A DNA stretch of 64,000 nucleotides from a virus (Duplodnaviria; Caudoviricetes). The translations under genes and the position numbers were made by a program. The stretch lies in IMG/VR virus record IMGVR_UViG_3300005805_000060, positions 24,461-88,460 of that record. One strand, 5' to 3'. A model generated the notes under the pieces. That model did not search any database. It saw nothing but the letters and a program-made list of their open reading frames with translations, and was not told the DNA's origin. This document shows, piece after piece, positions 29,072 through 37,675 of this stretch; position 1 is the first letter of the stretch, and every line of letters starts with the position of its first letter.

Positions 29072-30166
29072 TTACATCACTTTGCCCTGATACCACAACA
29101 GGTTGTTTTGAAGTCGAGCATCATCGGGATGAAACTCCAGGGCCCGAGCACCCAGTTCCAAGGACTTTTCGCGCAGGCCTAGATACCAGGCAGCCATGGC
29201 CCCAAGATCGTAAGGTTCATGCCCCCAACAATCCGCATCATTGATATAAGTGGTACCGCGTACAGTGATCTCCAGCAGCTTGGATATGGCATAGTACACC
29301 GTGGTCCAGTCTCTCACATTGCGATAGGTGCGTGCCATGTCCAACCAGGGTTCTCGAGTCCAAGGACATTCTTGTGCAGCTTTTTGTGCCCAGACTTGTG
29401 CTTCATCATTGTTGCCCAGCGACGAATAACAACGAGAGATGAAACGCATGCTGGCGCATCTTTCCTCGCGCCACCAACAGCTGGGCAACTCAAGATGACG
29501 CTTGAGTTCGTCGATTGATTCTTGATAACGGCGTTGGAACATGAGTTCGCGACCATAGTAGTGACTCATACGGTCGTTGCTGGGATCTTCTTTCACGGCC
29601 TTGGCCAAGAGTCCCATGTACTGGCCACGACTCTTGGTAGGATCGGCCCTGTGATGCAATATAATTTCAGGTACTACCACTCGTCGTTCTTCACGGTTTT
29701 CCCAAAGGTACAGGGTTTCGTGGCAAGGGTGGTGCCAGATGTAACCACGACGATGATGCATTTTGTCGGCAAAAAATCGAGTACCTGGAACAGTGTCGGT
29801 GCTCCAGTTCCAGATATAATCGTAGGAAATTCGATCTATGTTACCGTCATGCTCGGCCCAGACTCGCTGTAGGGCTTCAGACCAGCCTGGTTGTAGGTAC
29901 TCGTCAAGGTCAATGCTGAGACAGAAATCAATATCGTCGGGAACTAGATTTAGAGCGGTGTTACGAGGAGCATCAAATCTCCAGGGTCGTTGCGTGATAT
30001 GGTACACCTGTGCACCCAGTTGTTCCAGGCGTTCAACAGTACCGTCGGTGCTGCCAGTATCACAGACCAAGACCAAATCTGCACCTTGACAGTGTTCCAT
30101 GAACCGATCCACATGCTTGATCTCGTTCAAGGCTATGGTATAGACACAGGTACGGGCGGGTTTCAT
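29072..30166 (-). CDS. GT2 glycosyltransferase with C-terminal TPRs
   Basis: IALNE, DTGSTDGT, WRFD..RN, IDLDE, HETL, followed by helical TPR-like repeats. Confidence 0.8.
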   Translation of the reverse strand: MKPARTCVYTIALNEIKHVDRFMEHCQGADLVLVCDTGSTDGTVERLEQLGAQVYHITQRPWRFDAPRNTALNLVPDDIDFCLSIDLDEYLQPGWSEALQRVWAEHDGNIDRISYDYIWNWSTDTVPGTRFFADKMHHRRGYIWHHPCHETLYLWENREERRVVVPEIILHHRADPTKSRGQYMGLLAKAVKEDPSNDRMSHYYGRELMFQRRYQESIDELKRHLELPSCWWREERCASMRFISRCYSSLGNNDEAQVWAQKAAQECPWTREPWLDMARTYRNVRDWTTVYYAISKLLEITVRGTTYINDADCWGHEPYDLGAMAAWYLGLREKSLELGARALEFHPDDARLQNNLLWYQGKVM

Positions 30167-33100
30167 AGTCGGATATTCTTTACAGTGAAGTTTTGATTAT
30201 GAGGACGTGGGCAGTTTTCGCAGAATTTCAGTCCACGTCGTCCACTTCGGCGCTGTAGTTGGTGCATGATTTTCTGATGCTGAGCACCAAACCACAAATC
30301 ATACAGGCAAGAATCTTGCACACGACCAAGATTGTAGTTGCCCACCATGTCATCACAACACAGTGTCACTTCGCCTCGATGATTGATTATGAACCGATCC
30401 AGCGGTTCGTTACAGGTCATGTCCTGTTTTTCAGCCAAGATATCTGTGATGTTTTTCATTGGACCATAATGTGTAAGTCCATGCAGGCTGTTTCCAAATC
30501 GAGCTTCGGTCTCATGGAACCAACTACGGATCTGGTCCTGTCGATGTTTGCGAGCAGGTTCATCAGCATAGATGCTGAAAAAGATCCAAGTCATCTTGCC
30601 ATCCAAGCGACGTGCCAGTTCCTCAGTCATAAAATCGCCGTTGCTGTGCATGAAGATAGCACGGAAAGGATACTGTGCTGCTAAGTCTACGATTTCCGGC
30701 AGGCGCGGATCCATGGTAGGCTCGTTGTAGAAACTCAAGCATAGCTCCTTGCGGAATCCCATGCTACGGGCATCATCAAATATCTGTTTGATAGTGTCCA
30801 TGGGCAACAGATTATCCTCAAACCAAGGCGCCATGCTCTCTCGATCAGGATTGCTGTTACGGATACAAGTTCCACAGGTGCGATTGCAGTTGGAACTGGT
30901 CTCTATGCTTAGGACTTCAGGCAACGGAATTGGACAGGATTCTTCGTAGTAGGCAAGGTTGTATTCCAAACGTTCATCATTGGGATTTTTTTCTATAGCT
31001 TGACGGCCCAGGGCCAATGCCTGATCATAAAATTTTAGGTGATAGGCTGATTGAGCTGCTGCGTCATAGAGTGCATGTCCCCATGCTGCGGGATCATAGG
31101 TGAAACCGTCTCTGGGTGTGGTTATTTTCAGTCCTTGCTGTGCCAGAAAATAGCAACGTTCCCAGTCTTGTCGTGCGTAGTAATAGAGAGCCCAGGCATG
31201 ATATGTTTCACGCTCACTGCTGTGATTGGTCGAAATCTGATACCAATGATTGGCTTCCGACAAATCTGCCGCAGCTTCGTAGGCCTGTGCCAAGCTACGC
31301 GCCACATAGCTTTTGACTATTTCACCTTCGTCGCAGACTTCGTAGGCCTTTTTTCTTTGTTCAATACATTCACTGAGTTGGTTTTGTGCTGCCAGTTCGT
31401 TGCTGTAGAACTGGTAGGTTCGCCAGTGCCGATCGCCCTCCTTGATCTTTTGCTCCAGGAGATTGACATAGCTACTGCGACTCTTGTCAAGATCTTGATA
31501 TTCGTCAAGATAGAACTCCGGCATCCAGATCGCGTGCTCGGGCACTTCCCAGCGTAGAGTCTCGTGTACTGCACCAGTCCAGGTACAGCCATGGCGTGCA
31601 TGTACCTTGCTATGCCACTGCCAGGCGCGGCCGTTGTTGCGATATCTATGATTGGCCACAGTGGTACCAGCTTCCCAACACTGCTCAATTTGCTGGCGCC
31701 ATCCCGGTAAGAGACGCTCATCTAGATCTTGCCAGATGCAGACATCAATATCCGGGGGCAAGAGATTGAGACTGGTTTCACGAGCCACATCAAATCGCCA
31801 GGGCAGTACAGATATTGGTATCATGTTGACTCCACACTGCACCAGTTTTTCTCGTGTGCCATCTGTACTACCAGTGTCACATACCAGACGATAATCGGCT
31901 TCACTGTTACTGGCGGCCCAGTCCGCTACATTCTCACTTTCATTCTTGCAGATAGTGTAAATGGCTATGCGTAATCGAGCAAACTCGGCACGAAACTGCT
32001 CATCTCGACTGAGCAGATAAACCCCAATCTCCTCATCAATATGGCCAGACACAATGTCACGGCCAAATGTGGCTCGTACTTCTTGATCACTCCAGTCATC
32101 TTTGACATGACGCTCGTAAGGGTTGCCTTCGAATTCATTCTGGGGCATGCGCACTACAGGAATACTGATGATCATGCACTGGTGGTGAGTCAGAACCGAA
32201 TTGACCAAATCCTGCGCTTCAGATTGAGTCATGTGTTCTAGGATGTCACCGGCAAACACCATGTCATACCACTTCGGCAAGTTGCCATAATCGACTTCGC
32301 GTGCATCACTGGAGAATATCTCGTTGTATTTTTGTGTCAGCTGATATCGTTCAATATAAGGAGTCCAGACTTCTATAGCGTCCCAATTGGCCGCGGGAAA
32401 CAACCCACCAAAATAGTTGTAATAAGTTCCTGCGCCTGCTCCAATATCCAGCACATGACGAACCTGTATACGGTCCGCTATACGTCGACACTGCTGCTGT
32501 ATCCATGTTTTGCCACGTTCGCTACTGGTTGGCATAATGATCCTTGATCGATAAGGCCTGCATATTTCAGCAAGATTACTGTTAGATTTATCAAGATTTT
32601 CAGGAGTTGCTGCAGAAAGATAATCACGCCAGATGGTTTCCCATAAGTGCATGGTGTAACTGTTCTGCAACTGATCTAGATCTTGACGATTGTTCTCAAG
32701 AACCCAGGTCTCTTGAAAGTCAAAGGGCATGAAACTGCTACGTGGTTCCAGCCGCACATCTGGCCAATCGTGACTGCTGTAAATCTCATGGGGCAGACAA
32801 ACACCGTGCCAGGCCCAGGGACGATCCTGCAGATTGCGTCCAGTTTCCTCTAACCACTGGGAGACAAACGGATGTCCAGGGCGGGTCAGAATCACAGCGT
32901 TGGTTATGCTGGTACCATCACGGTTCTCCACGCCCAATACACAGGATTCGTTCCAGAGATCACCAAAACTCTTGAGGCTGATCACATCAATGTCTAGATA
33001 AGCACCGCCCTGCTCTTGCAAGATTTGCAGACGCAGCACATCGGCCTTGTACTGATAACTGTCAAGCGGAACTCCGACAAATTCTTGAGGAGGATCTACA

Positions 33101-33297
33101 TGTACCAGTTCCACTTGCGTGGCTATTTCATCCCACCAATCGTTGTTGACTGGTGCCTGAGAATAGTAGAGGCGCACCGGAACCTGATGCACCTTAAGGG
33201 CTGATTTTACTGCCAGGTAATGTATGTACTGAAATTCAGTAAAGCCAAAAAAGATAAAATGTATGACTCGAGGTATCATACCTGTTGCGCCCACCAC
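30163..33297 (-). CDS. Multi-enzyme fusion: GT32-like, methyltransferase, GT2-TPR, radical SAM/SPASM
   Basis: KADVLRL..GGAYLDID; LDIGAGAG..GDILEH; DTGSTDGT..QDLDE..VHETL; CNRTCGTC; CCDD..CENC. Confidence 0.85.
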   Translation of the reverse strand: MVGATGMIPRVIHFIFFGFTEFQYIHYLAVKSALKVHQVPVRLYYSQAPVNNDWWDEIATQVELVHVDPPQEFVGVPLDSYQYKADVLRLQILQEQGGAYLDIDVISLKSFGDLWNESCVLGVENRDGTSITNAVILTRPGHPFVSQWLEETGRNLQDRPWAWHGVCLPHEIYSSHDWPDVRLEPRSSFMPFDFQETWVLENNRQDLDQLQNSYTMHLWETIWRDYLSAATPENLDKSNSNLAEICRPYRSRIIMPTSSERGKTWIQQQCRRIADRIQVRHVLDIGAGAGTYYNYFGGLFPAANWDAIEVWTPYIERYQLTQKYNEIFSSDAREVDYGNLPKWYDMVFAGDILEHMTQSEAQDLVNSVLTHHQCMIISIPVVRMPQNEFEGNPYERHVKDDWSDQEVRATFGRDIVSGHIDEEIGVYLLSRDEQFRAEFARLRIAIYTICKNESENVADWAASNSEADYRLVCDTGSTDGTREKLVQCGVNMIPISVLPWRFDVARETSLNLLPPDIDVCIWQDLDERLLPGWRQQIEQCWEAGTTVANHRYRNNGRAWQWHSKVHARHGCTWTGAVHETLRWEVPEHAIWMPEFYLDEYQDLDKSRSSYVNLLEQKIKEGDRHWRTYQFYSNELAAQNQLSECIEQRKKAYEVCDEGEIVKSYVARSLAQAYEAAADLSEANHWYQISTNHSSERETYHAWALYYYARQDWERCYFLAQQGLKITTPRDGFTYDPAAWGHALYDAAAQSAYHLKFYDQALALGRQAIEKNPNDERLEYNLAYYEESCPIPLPEVLSIETSSNCNRTCGTCIRNSNPDRESMAPWFEDNLLPMDTIKQIFDDARSMGFRKELCLSFYNEPTMDPRLPEIVDLAAQYPFRAIFMHSNGDFMTEELARRLDGKMTWIFFSIYADEPARKHRQDQIRSWFHETEARFGNSLHGLTHYGPMKNITDILAEKQDMTCNEPLDRFIINHRGEVTLCCDDMVGNYNLGRVQDSCLYDLWFGAQHQKIMHQLQRRSGRRGLKFCENCPRPHNQNFTVKNIRL

Positions 33298-33905
33298 AAT
33301 GGTCGCCAGGCTTCGTCCACTGACAGTACTGGCAATGTGTTGATGTCTGATCGCACATAGAAGGCATTGACTCCGCGGCTCTCACAATAGACCAGATCAT
33401 ATCCCAATCGTGTGGCCTGTTGAGTGAGACTCAACAGGCTGGCACCAAACTGTTTTTGCCAAGGCTGCCAGCAGTAGTTGTCATTACGAGGCATGACATA
33501 TTCATCACTGGCAGCAAAACTGCCGTTGTATTCCATGACACACACACGAGGTCGAAACGCAGCACCAATCGCTTCACGTAGATGCCAGTCATTACCGTCC
33601 ACGTCCACACTGAGCACATCAAACTGAGTTGGCACGCCCAGCGCACGGAACTGGCTTACTATGTTGTCTACCGTCAGTATCTGTCGAGAAAACTCACAAC
33701 GGTGAGGACGATATTGCAATTCCTCAAAATCAAACCAGTACACAAGCCAACCAAGATCGGCCAAGAGCCTGGTGTTGTTTTCTAGGCCGTTGCCGGCTCC
33801 AAATTCCACAGCAGTACGATATTCGGTGCCTATCTGTCCCAATATATAGGCAAGGATACCATCCTCACCGTTTTGGCTGTATATCTTGGCTTCGTGTTCT
33901 CTCAT
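33276..33905 (-). CDS. FkbM-like methyltransferase
   Basis: YSQNGEDGI, VEFGAGNG, LSVDVDGND. Confidence 0.7.
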   Translation of the reverse strand: MREHEAKIYSQNGEDGILAYILGQIGTEYRTAVEFGAGNGLENNTRLLADLGWLVYWFDFEELQYRPHRCEFSRQILTVDNIVSQFRALGVPTQFDVLSVDVDGNDWHLREAIGAAFRPRVCVMEYNGSFAASDEYVMPRNDNYCWQPWQKQFGASLLSLTQQATRLGYDLVYCESRGVNAFYVRSDINTLPVLSVDEAWRPLWWAQQV

Positions 33906-34011
33906 GTGGCTACCTGGGTATCATGCTAATAGTGTTGCAAGCATGATGTTATTTACACACCCTGATGCTGCCAGGAAACGAAACCGTGCCTAGCCCAACT
34001 CAACCAATTTT

Positions 34012-34512
34012 TTATTTTCTCACTTCCTTGGTTGTATCAGGCCACCATTCGGGATCTGGATCTAATCGATTTTTATACAGTTGTTTGATGCGACGTTCGT
34101 ATTCGTCCTTGCTACCTTCCACGCGGCCCGATACCACGTCCAACACATAGTTCAAGGTCACTGCATTGGCACTGAGAGTGGCGCAACGTGCGGTCACTTC
34201 ATTTTTCAACAGATCCAACAGGATGCTTTCTGATGATTCTGCCAGGACTCTCACAAACTTCTTGGGCACATGCAGATCTATGGTGCTGTACACAAAATCA
34301 TAGTGTGGAGCCGGACAGCAGTGCAAGATGTACTCGTCCATGACTTCAATGCGCTTGAAGCCGTCCCGATCGTACCAAACCGCACGCTCTGCTGTGAGCT
34401 CGGCGGGGGCACCTAGTTTTTTGGTCAGTTGTCGAACAAAATCTCTGGGTTCATGGTTGTTCCACTGTGCCAGTAGATTTTGGCTTTCAAGCAAGATGTC
34501 ATGTATCAGCAT
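34012..34512 (-). CDS. Hypothetical protein with a capsid-targeting-like N-terminus
   Basis: The likely start is MLIHDILLES (ATG 34512), with TAAATA 5 nt upstream. Confidence 0.6.
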   Translation of the reverse strand: MLIHDILLESQNLLAQWNNHEPRDFVRQLTKKLGAPAELTAERAVWYDRDGFKRIEVMDEYILHCCPAPHYDFVYSTIDLHVPKKFVRVLAESSESILLDLLKNEVTARCATLSANAVTLNYVLDVVSGRVEGSKDEYERRIKQLYKNRLDPDPEWWPDTTKEVRK

Positions 34513-35134
34513 GGGTGTATTTATGTTCAATCCAAAAGCCCAGTCGGTCGCCGGCTGGACTGTCATACCATGTGGTGAATGGAGGCTGTGGCCCAGCGGC
34601 ATCACACCATACAGGGTAGATCACATCACTGTCATGATTGCAAAAATCGTCGTTGTAGCGCAGATGCAGTTCGATCACGGTGGATCCTATGTATTCCACA
34701 TTGAGCCATTGTGTGGTCACTGCCAACTCACGCACAAATTCAGGCAAGGGATAAGACTCAAAAATACGTTGCCAGCGACTAAACCTGTCCAGTCTAGTGG
34801 CATCATCTCGGAAGCCTTCCACGGCCAGAATCTGAACACCATAGTTGTAGTCCACACTCACATGACGGCCTTGCAAAATTTCACTCCAGAAAAACCCATC
34901 AGGCACAGCATCAGGATTGGCCACACGCAGGTGTTGTAGGCTGGCACCACGGCCCATCATTCGGATGTTGGTTATGGGTCGCACTATGTAGGTGTCATCT
35001 CGAGGCACTGGAACTCCAGCCGGTCCAGCGACCATGCCCTGCTTGCGGGCCACAATCAGTTTGTCGTAGATCCAGAGCCAGTCAGTGGGACACTTGGACC
35101 ATACGTCCAAATCGCTGATGAATTGGGCAGACAT
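34499..35134 (-). CDS. ATP-grasp-like protein
   Basis: YDKL, AGPAG, IVRPITNI.MG.G, GRHVSVDY, NVEYIG..IELHLR.N.D. Confidence 0.55.
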   Translation of the reverse strand: MSAQFISDLDVWSKCPTDWLWIYDKLIVARKQGMVAGPAGVPVPRDDTYIVRPITNIRMMGRGASLQHLRVANPDAVPDGFFWSEILQGRHVSVDYNYGVQILAVEGFRDDATRLDRFSRWQRIFESYPLPEFVRELAVTTQWLNVEYIGSTVIELHLRYNDDFCNHDSDVIYPVWCDAAGPQPPFTTWYDSPAGDRLGFWIEHKYTHADT

Positions 35135-35180
35135 GTGTGACTGTATTTACATGGTCACCAGGTACACAACAGGTTTTGTA

Positions 35181-35813
35181 TTAAACCTGCACGACCGTGA
35201 CTATGACCGAGGGTACCAGAGGACCAGGGCCTTCACTGGGCAGTGCTACAATGTCAATTCCGGCAAAACTGCTCCACCAAGCCAACTTCACATGGTCACC
35301 GGCTTGCAAGGGCTCAACATAGTTCCAACCAACAATCACTTTGGTATTGTTGCCCGTAAACGTCACAGCACCACCGGAGTCAGGCACCGTGACACCATTT
35401 TTTTCCAGCCATACTTCCATGTTGTGTGTGCCACCGCCCACTTGTATGAATTGTGTGCTGAATTGGATATCATAAACACCGGTAAAATCCACAGTGATCT
35501 CGTCACTATTGACAATGCTCACATGATTATTGCTGGAGGTCGTGTTCAACTGCATGTAGTTGACGTTGCCGGTGTCGTTGTTTTGATTGGTAGTGTCGTA
35601 GAATGAACCATAAAATTTTGTTGCATTAGCATTGGCCAAGAGAACAAGATCACCGTTGTTGTCGCCCACAAAAAGATTAAGTGCATTTTGTTCTACTACC
35701 AATTCAGCAGGTCTGGCATTGCCATCATATTGGACCACAGTGACCTGTGCGTTGTCCTTCATGGCCGCGCGACTGATACCGGTGATATCCGAGTAAGGCG
35801 GCGGGATGGCCAT
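35181..35813 (-). CDS. Probable virion protein with a C1q/BclA-like beta-sandwich C-terminus
   Basis: FYGSFYDTT...TGVYDIQFS..WL.KNG..V....L.AGD.V. Confidence 0.5.
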   Translation of the reverse strand: MAIPPPYSDITGISRAAMKDNAQVTVVQYDGNARPAELVVEQNALNLFVGDNNGDLVLLANANATKFYGSFYDTTNQNNDTGNVNYMQLNTTSSNNHVSIVNSDEITVDFTGVYDIQFSTQFIQVGGGTHNMEVWLEKNGVTVPDSGGAVTFTGNNTKVIVGWNYVEPLQAGDHVKLAWWSSFAGIDIVALPSEGPGPLVPSVIVTVVQV

Positions 35814-36202
35814 TATCTAGGATACCCCGAAAATGGTTTTATGGGGCTGGTCTTGTTCACTGTGTTCATTTCCTCGCTGCGCATGTCCCCATGATTGAGG
35901 TCACGATATTCAGCACCCGCGGCTCGATAGGCCAACTTGAGCATGTCCTGTTCTTCCTGGGTATAGGGGTGTGCAGTTTTTCCCTTTCCTACCCAACTGG
36001 TTTGATCCATTTCCGGCGGTGTCTTACCATCGGTAGCTGCCACTGCCATCATCACGCGATTCAGAGTGTAATCAGAATTCCAATTGGACGTGCCGCCGGC
36101 ATCACGACCAGTGTCACTGAAAACATTGAGTCCCCGTGTGGCCATCTGACGGCGTGCGCCTAATACGCCACGGTCTTCCTTGATAAAGTCACGGGCTCTC
36201 AT
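35813..36202 (-). CDS. Hypothetical protein (late cluster)
   Basis: 129 aa starting MRARDFIKE. Confidence 0.65.
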   Translation of the reverse strand: MRARDFIKEDRGVLGARRQMATRGLNVFSDTGRDAGGTSNWNSDYTLNRVMMAVAATDGKTPPEMDQTSWVGKGKTAHPYTQEEQDMLKLAYRAAGAEYRDLNHGDMRSEEMNTVNKTSPIKPFSGYPR

Positions 36203-36210
36203 GTTGGGTA

Positions 36211-36498
36211 TCAGCTGCCTGCGCCAATTACACCAGCAGTGGCCGAGCTTGCTGTGCCCAATTCAAGAGCCGTCACGTTGGCAGTGGTTTCAATGGTAAC
36301 ATGGTTTCCTGCACCAGAATAAAGATCATAACTGCCAGCAGGATAACCAATGGGTTGACTGTATAGGTTACCCACGGCATTGGCCGAGCCAAGTGCCACT
36401 GCATAGACCTGATAGGTAAAAGGGCCATCACAATTGACTCGCAATTTATCAGTATAAACTGTGGCATTGGCCAAGGTGTAATATACGTTTGCAGCCAT
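36211..36498 (-). CDS. Small probable virion protein
   Basis: 95 aa, beta-rich, tightly packed in the late operon. Confidence 0.6.
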   Translation of the reverse strand: MAANVYYTLANATVYTDKLRVNCDGPFTYQVYAVALGSANAVGNLYSQPIGYPAGSYDLYSGAGNHVTIETTANVTALELGTASSATAGVIGAGS

Positions 36499-36674
36499 TA
36501 TGTTTGATCCTTGTTGTTGGGTCCGCGATAGGGTTGATACAATCGCCTGGTTTGATCTAATACCCCAGGAATATCTACCGCTGCGGTTCGCGGAGTAGGT
36601 TGCACCGGCACTGTGCGATGTAGATCCTTCGGCGGTTGATTGTGTATGTTAGAGTATATTTTGTCCACTGACAT
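36498..36674 (-). CDS. Small hypothetical protein
   Basis: Fills the gap. The ATG directly follows the upstream stop. Confidence 0.5.
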   Translation of the reverse strand: MSVDKIYSNIHNQPPKDLHRTVPVQPTPRTAAVDIPGVLDQTRRLYQPYRGPNNKDQT

Positions 36675-36676
36675 GA

Positions 36677-37672
36677 TTACCAGGCCCTGCATGACCAATA
36701 GCGGGCTTTATGTCTCGGTCCTGGGTTTGCACAATTATGCCGAGCTCGAAAATTTTTTCTTCTCTTGGGATTTGACTTCTTGATTTTCATGGTCTTGTCA
36801 CCAAAGTTAACCTTGACCACATTGCCCTTGGGTCCTCGCACATAGACCTTGCTCTTTTTGACATCACCTTGCATGGGTTTGCCCAAGGGTACTTCACGAC
36901 CTTGATACTTGGCTTCGTCCATCATGGGTTCGTCGTCGTACTGTTCAGCGTCCAGTTGATTGGCATAGTCATGGTCGTTGTCTTCTTCATGGTCGCGCAT
37001 GTCCAGGAACAGCTCGCTGATGGCTTCAATTTTGTCTGAATCAATTCCTTCGCGTTGCAGGAACTTGTCCACCATGGCCAGGAACATGTCGTCGTCAATA
37101 TCACGCGGGATGTTGTGACGTTCCTGGAACTCGTAGTAGAGATCGTTGACCCAGTTCTTGGCGGCACCTTCTTGTACTGCGGGCATGGCTGCTGGTGGCA
37201 TACCAGCCAACTCTTGTAGGCGTCGTAGGTCATCCAAGCCTTCCGCCATGCCTTGCTTTTTCAATTCAATGCTGGTTATATTCTTTAGTCCTTGCTGTTT
37301 GGCTAATTCTCTAGCATGGCCTAGACTCTTGGCTGTAATAGTGCTTCCGAGCCGTTCAGAACCATCAGTGTCTTGAATATACACTTTGTATTCCTGCTGT
37401 TTTTTACCCTCCGCCATGCCTTCCTCAAACTCTTCGGCACTGGGCGGGCTGATCTCACGGCGATAGGGATCTGCTGTTTCCAGCATGCCGTAGCTTTCCA
37501 AGATCCGCATCATGTGTTCATCAGCTGCCAAGACCACACTGTCTTCTGTGACATCTACGATGTGACTTTCTACCAGGCATTCCTCACGGATGTTGATGGC
37601 AAAGTCGTCGCCCACAGCCGGGCTGTTGACCCAGGCTGCGCTTTCTTGCATGTAGTCTTGTAGTTGTTTCAT
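36677..37672 (-). CDS. Probable internal head protein, modular
   Basis: Starts MKQLQDYMQES, has repeated xxE sites, and ends in a basic KVNFGD...RARHNC...ARYWSC domain. Confidence 0.6.
   Translation of the reverse strand: MKQLQDYMQESAAWVNSPAVGDDFAINIREECLVESHIVDVTEDSVVLAADEHMMRILESYGMLETADPYRREISPPSAEEFEEGMAEGKKQQEYKVYIQDTDGSERLGSTITAKSLGHARELAKQQGLKNITSIELKKQGMAEGLDDLRRLQELAGMPPAAMPAVQEGAAKNWVNDLYYEFQERHNIPRDIDDDMFLAMVDKFLQREGIDSDKIEAISELFLDMRDHEEDNDHDYANQLDAEQYDDEPMMDEAKYQGREVPLGKPMQGDVKKSKVYVRGPKGNVVKVNFGDKTMKIKKSNPKRRKNFRARHNCANPGPRHKARYWSCRAW
37239..37422 (-). repeat. 16-bp direct repeats (GMAEG codons) flanking a 56-codon AT-rich insert
   Basis: Plus strand CCTTCCGCCATGCCTT at 37239-37254 and CCCTCCGCCATGCCTT at 37407-37422: one mismatch, 168 bp apart, in frame. 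Confidence 0.85.
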
Positions 37673-37675
37673 GAG

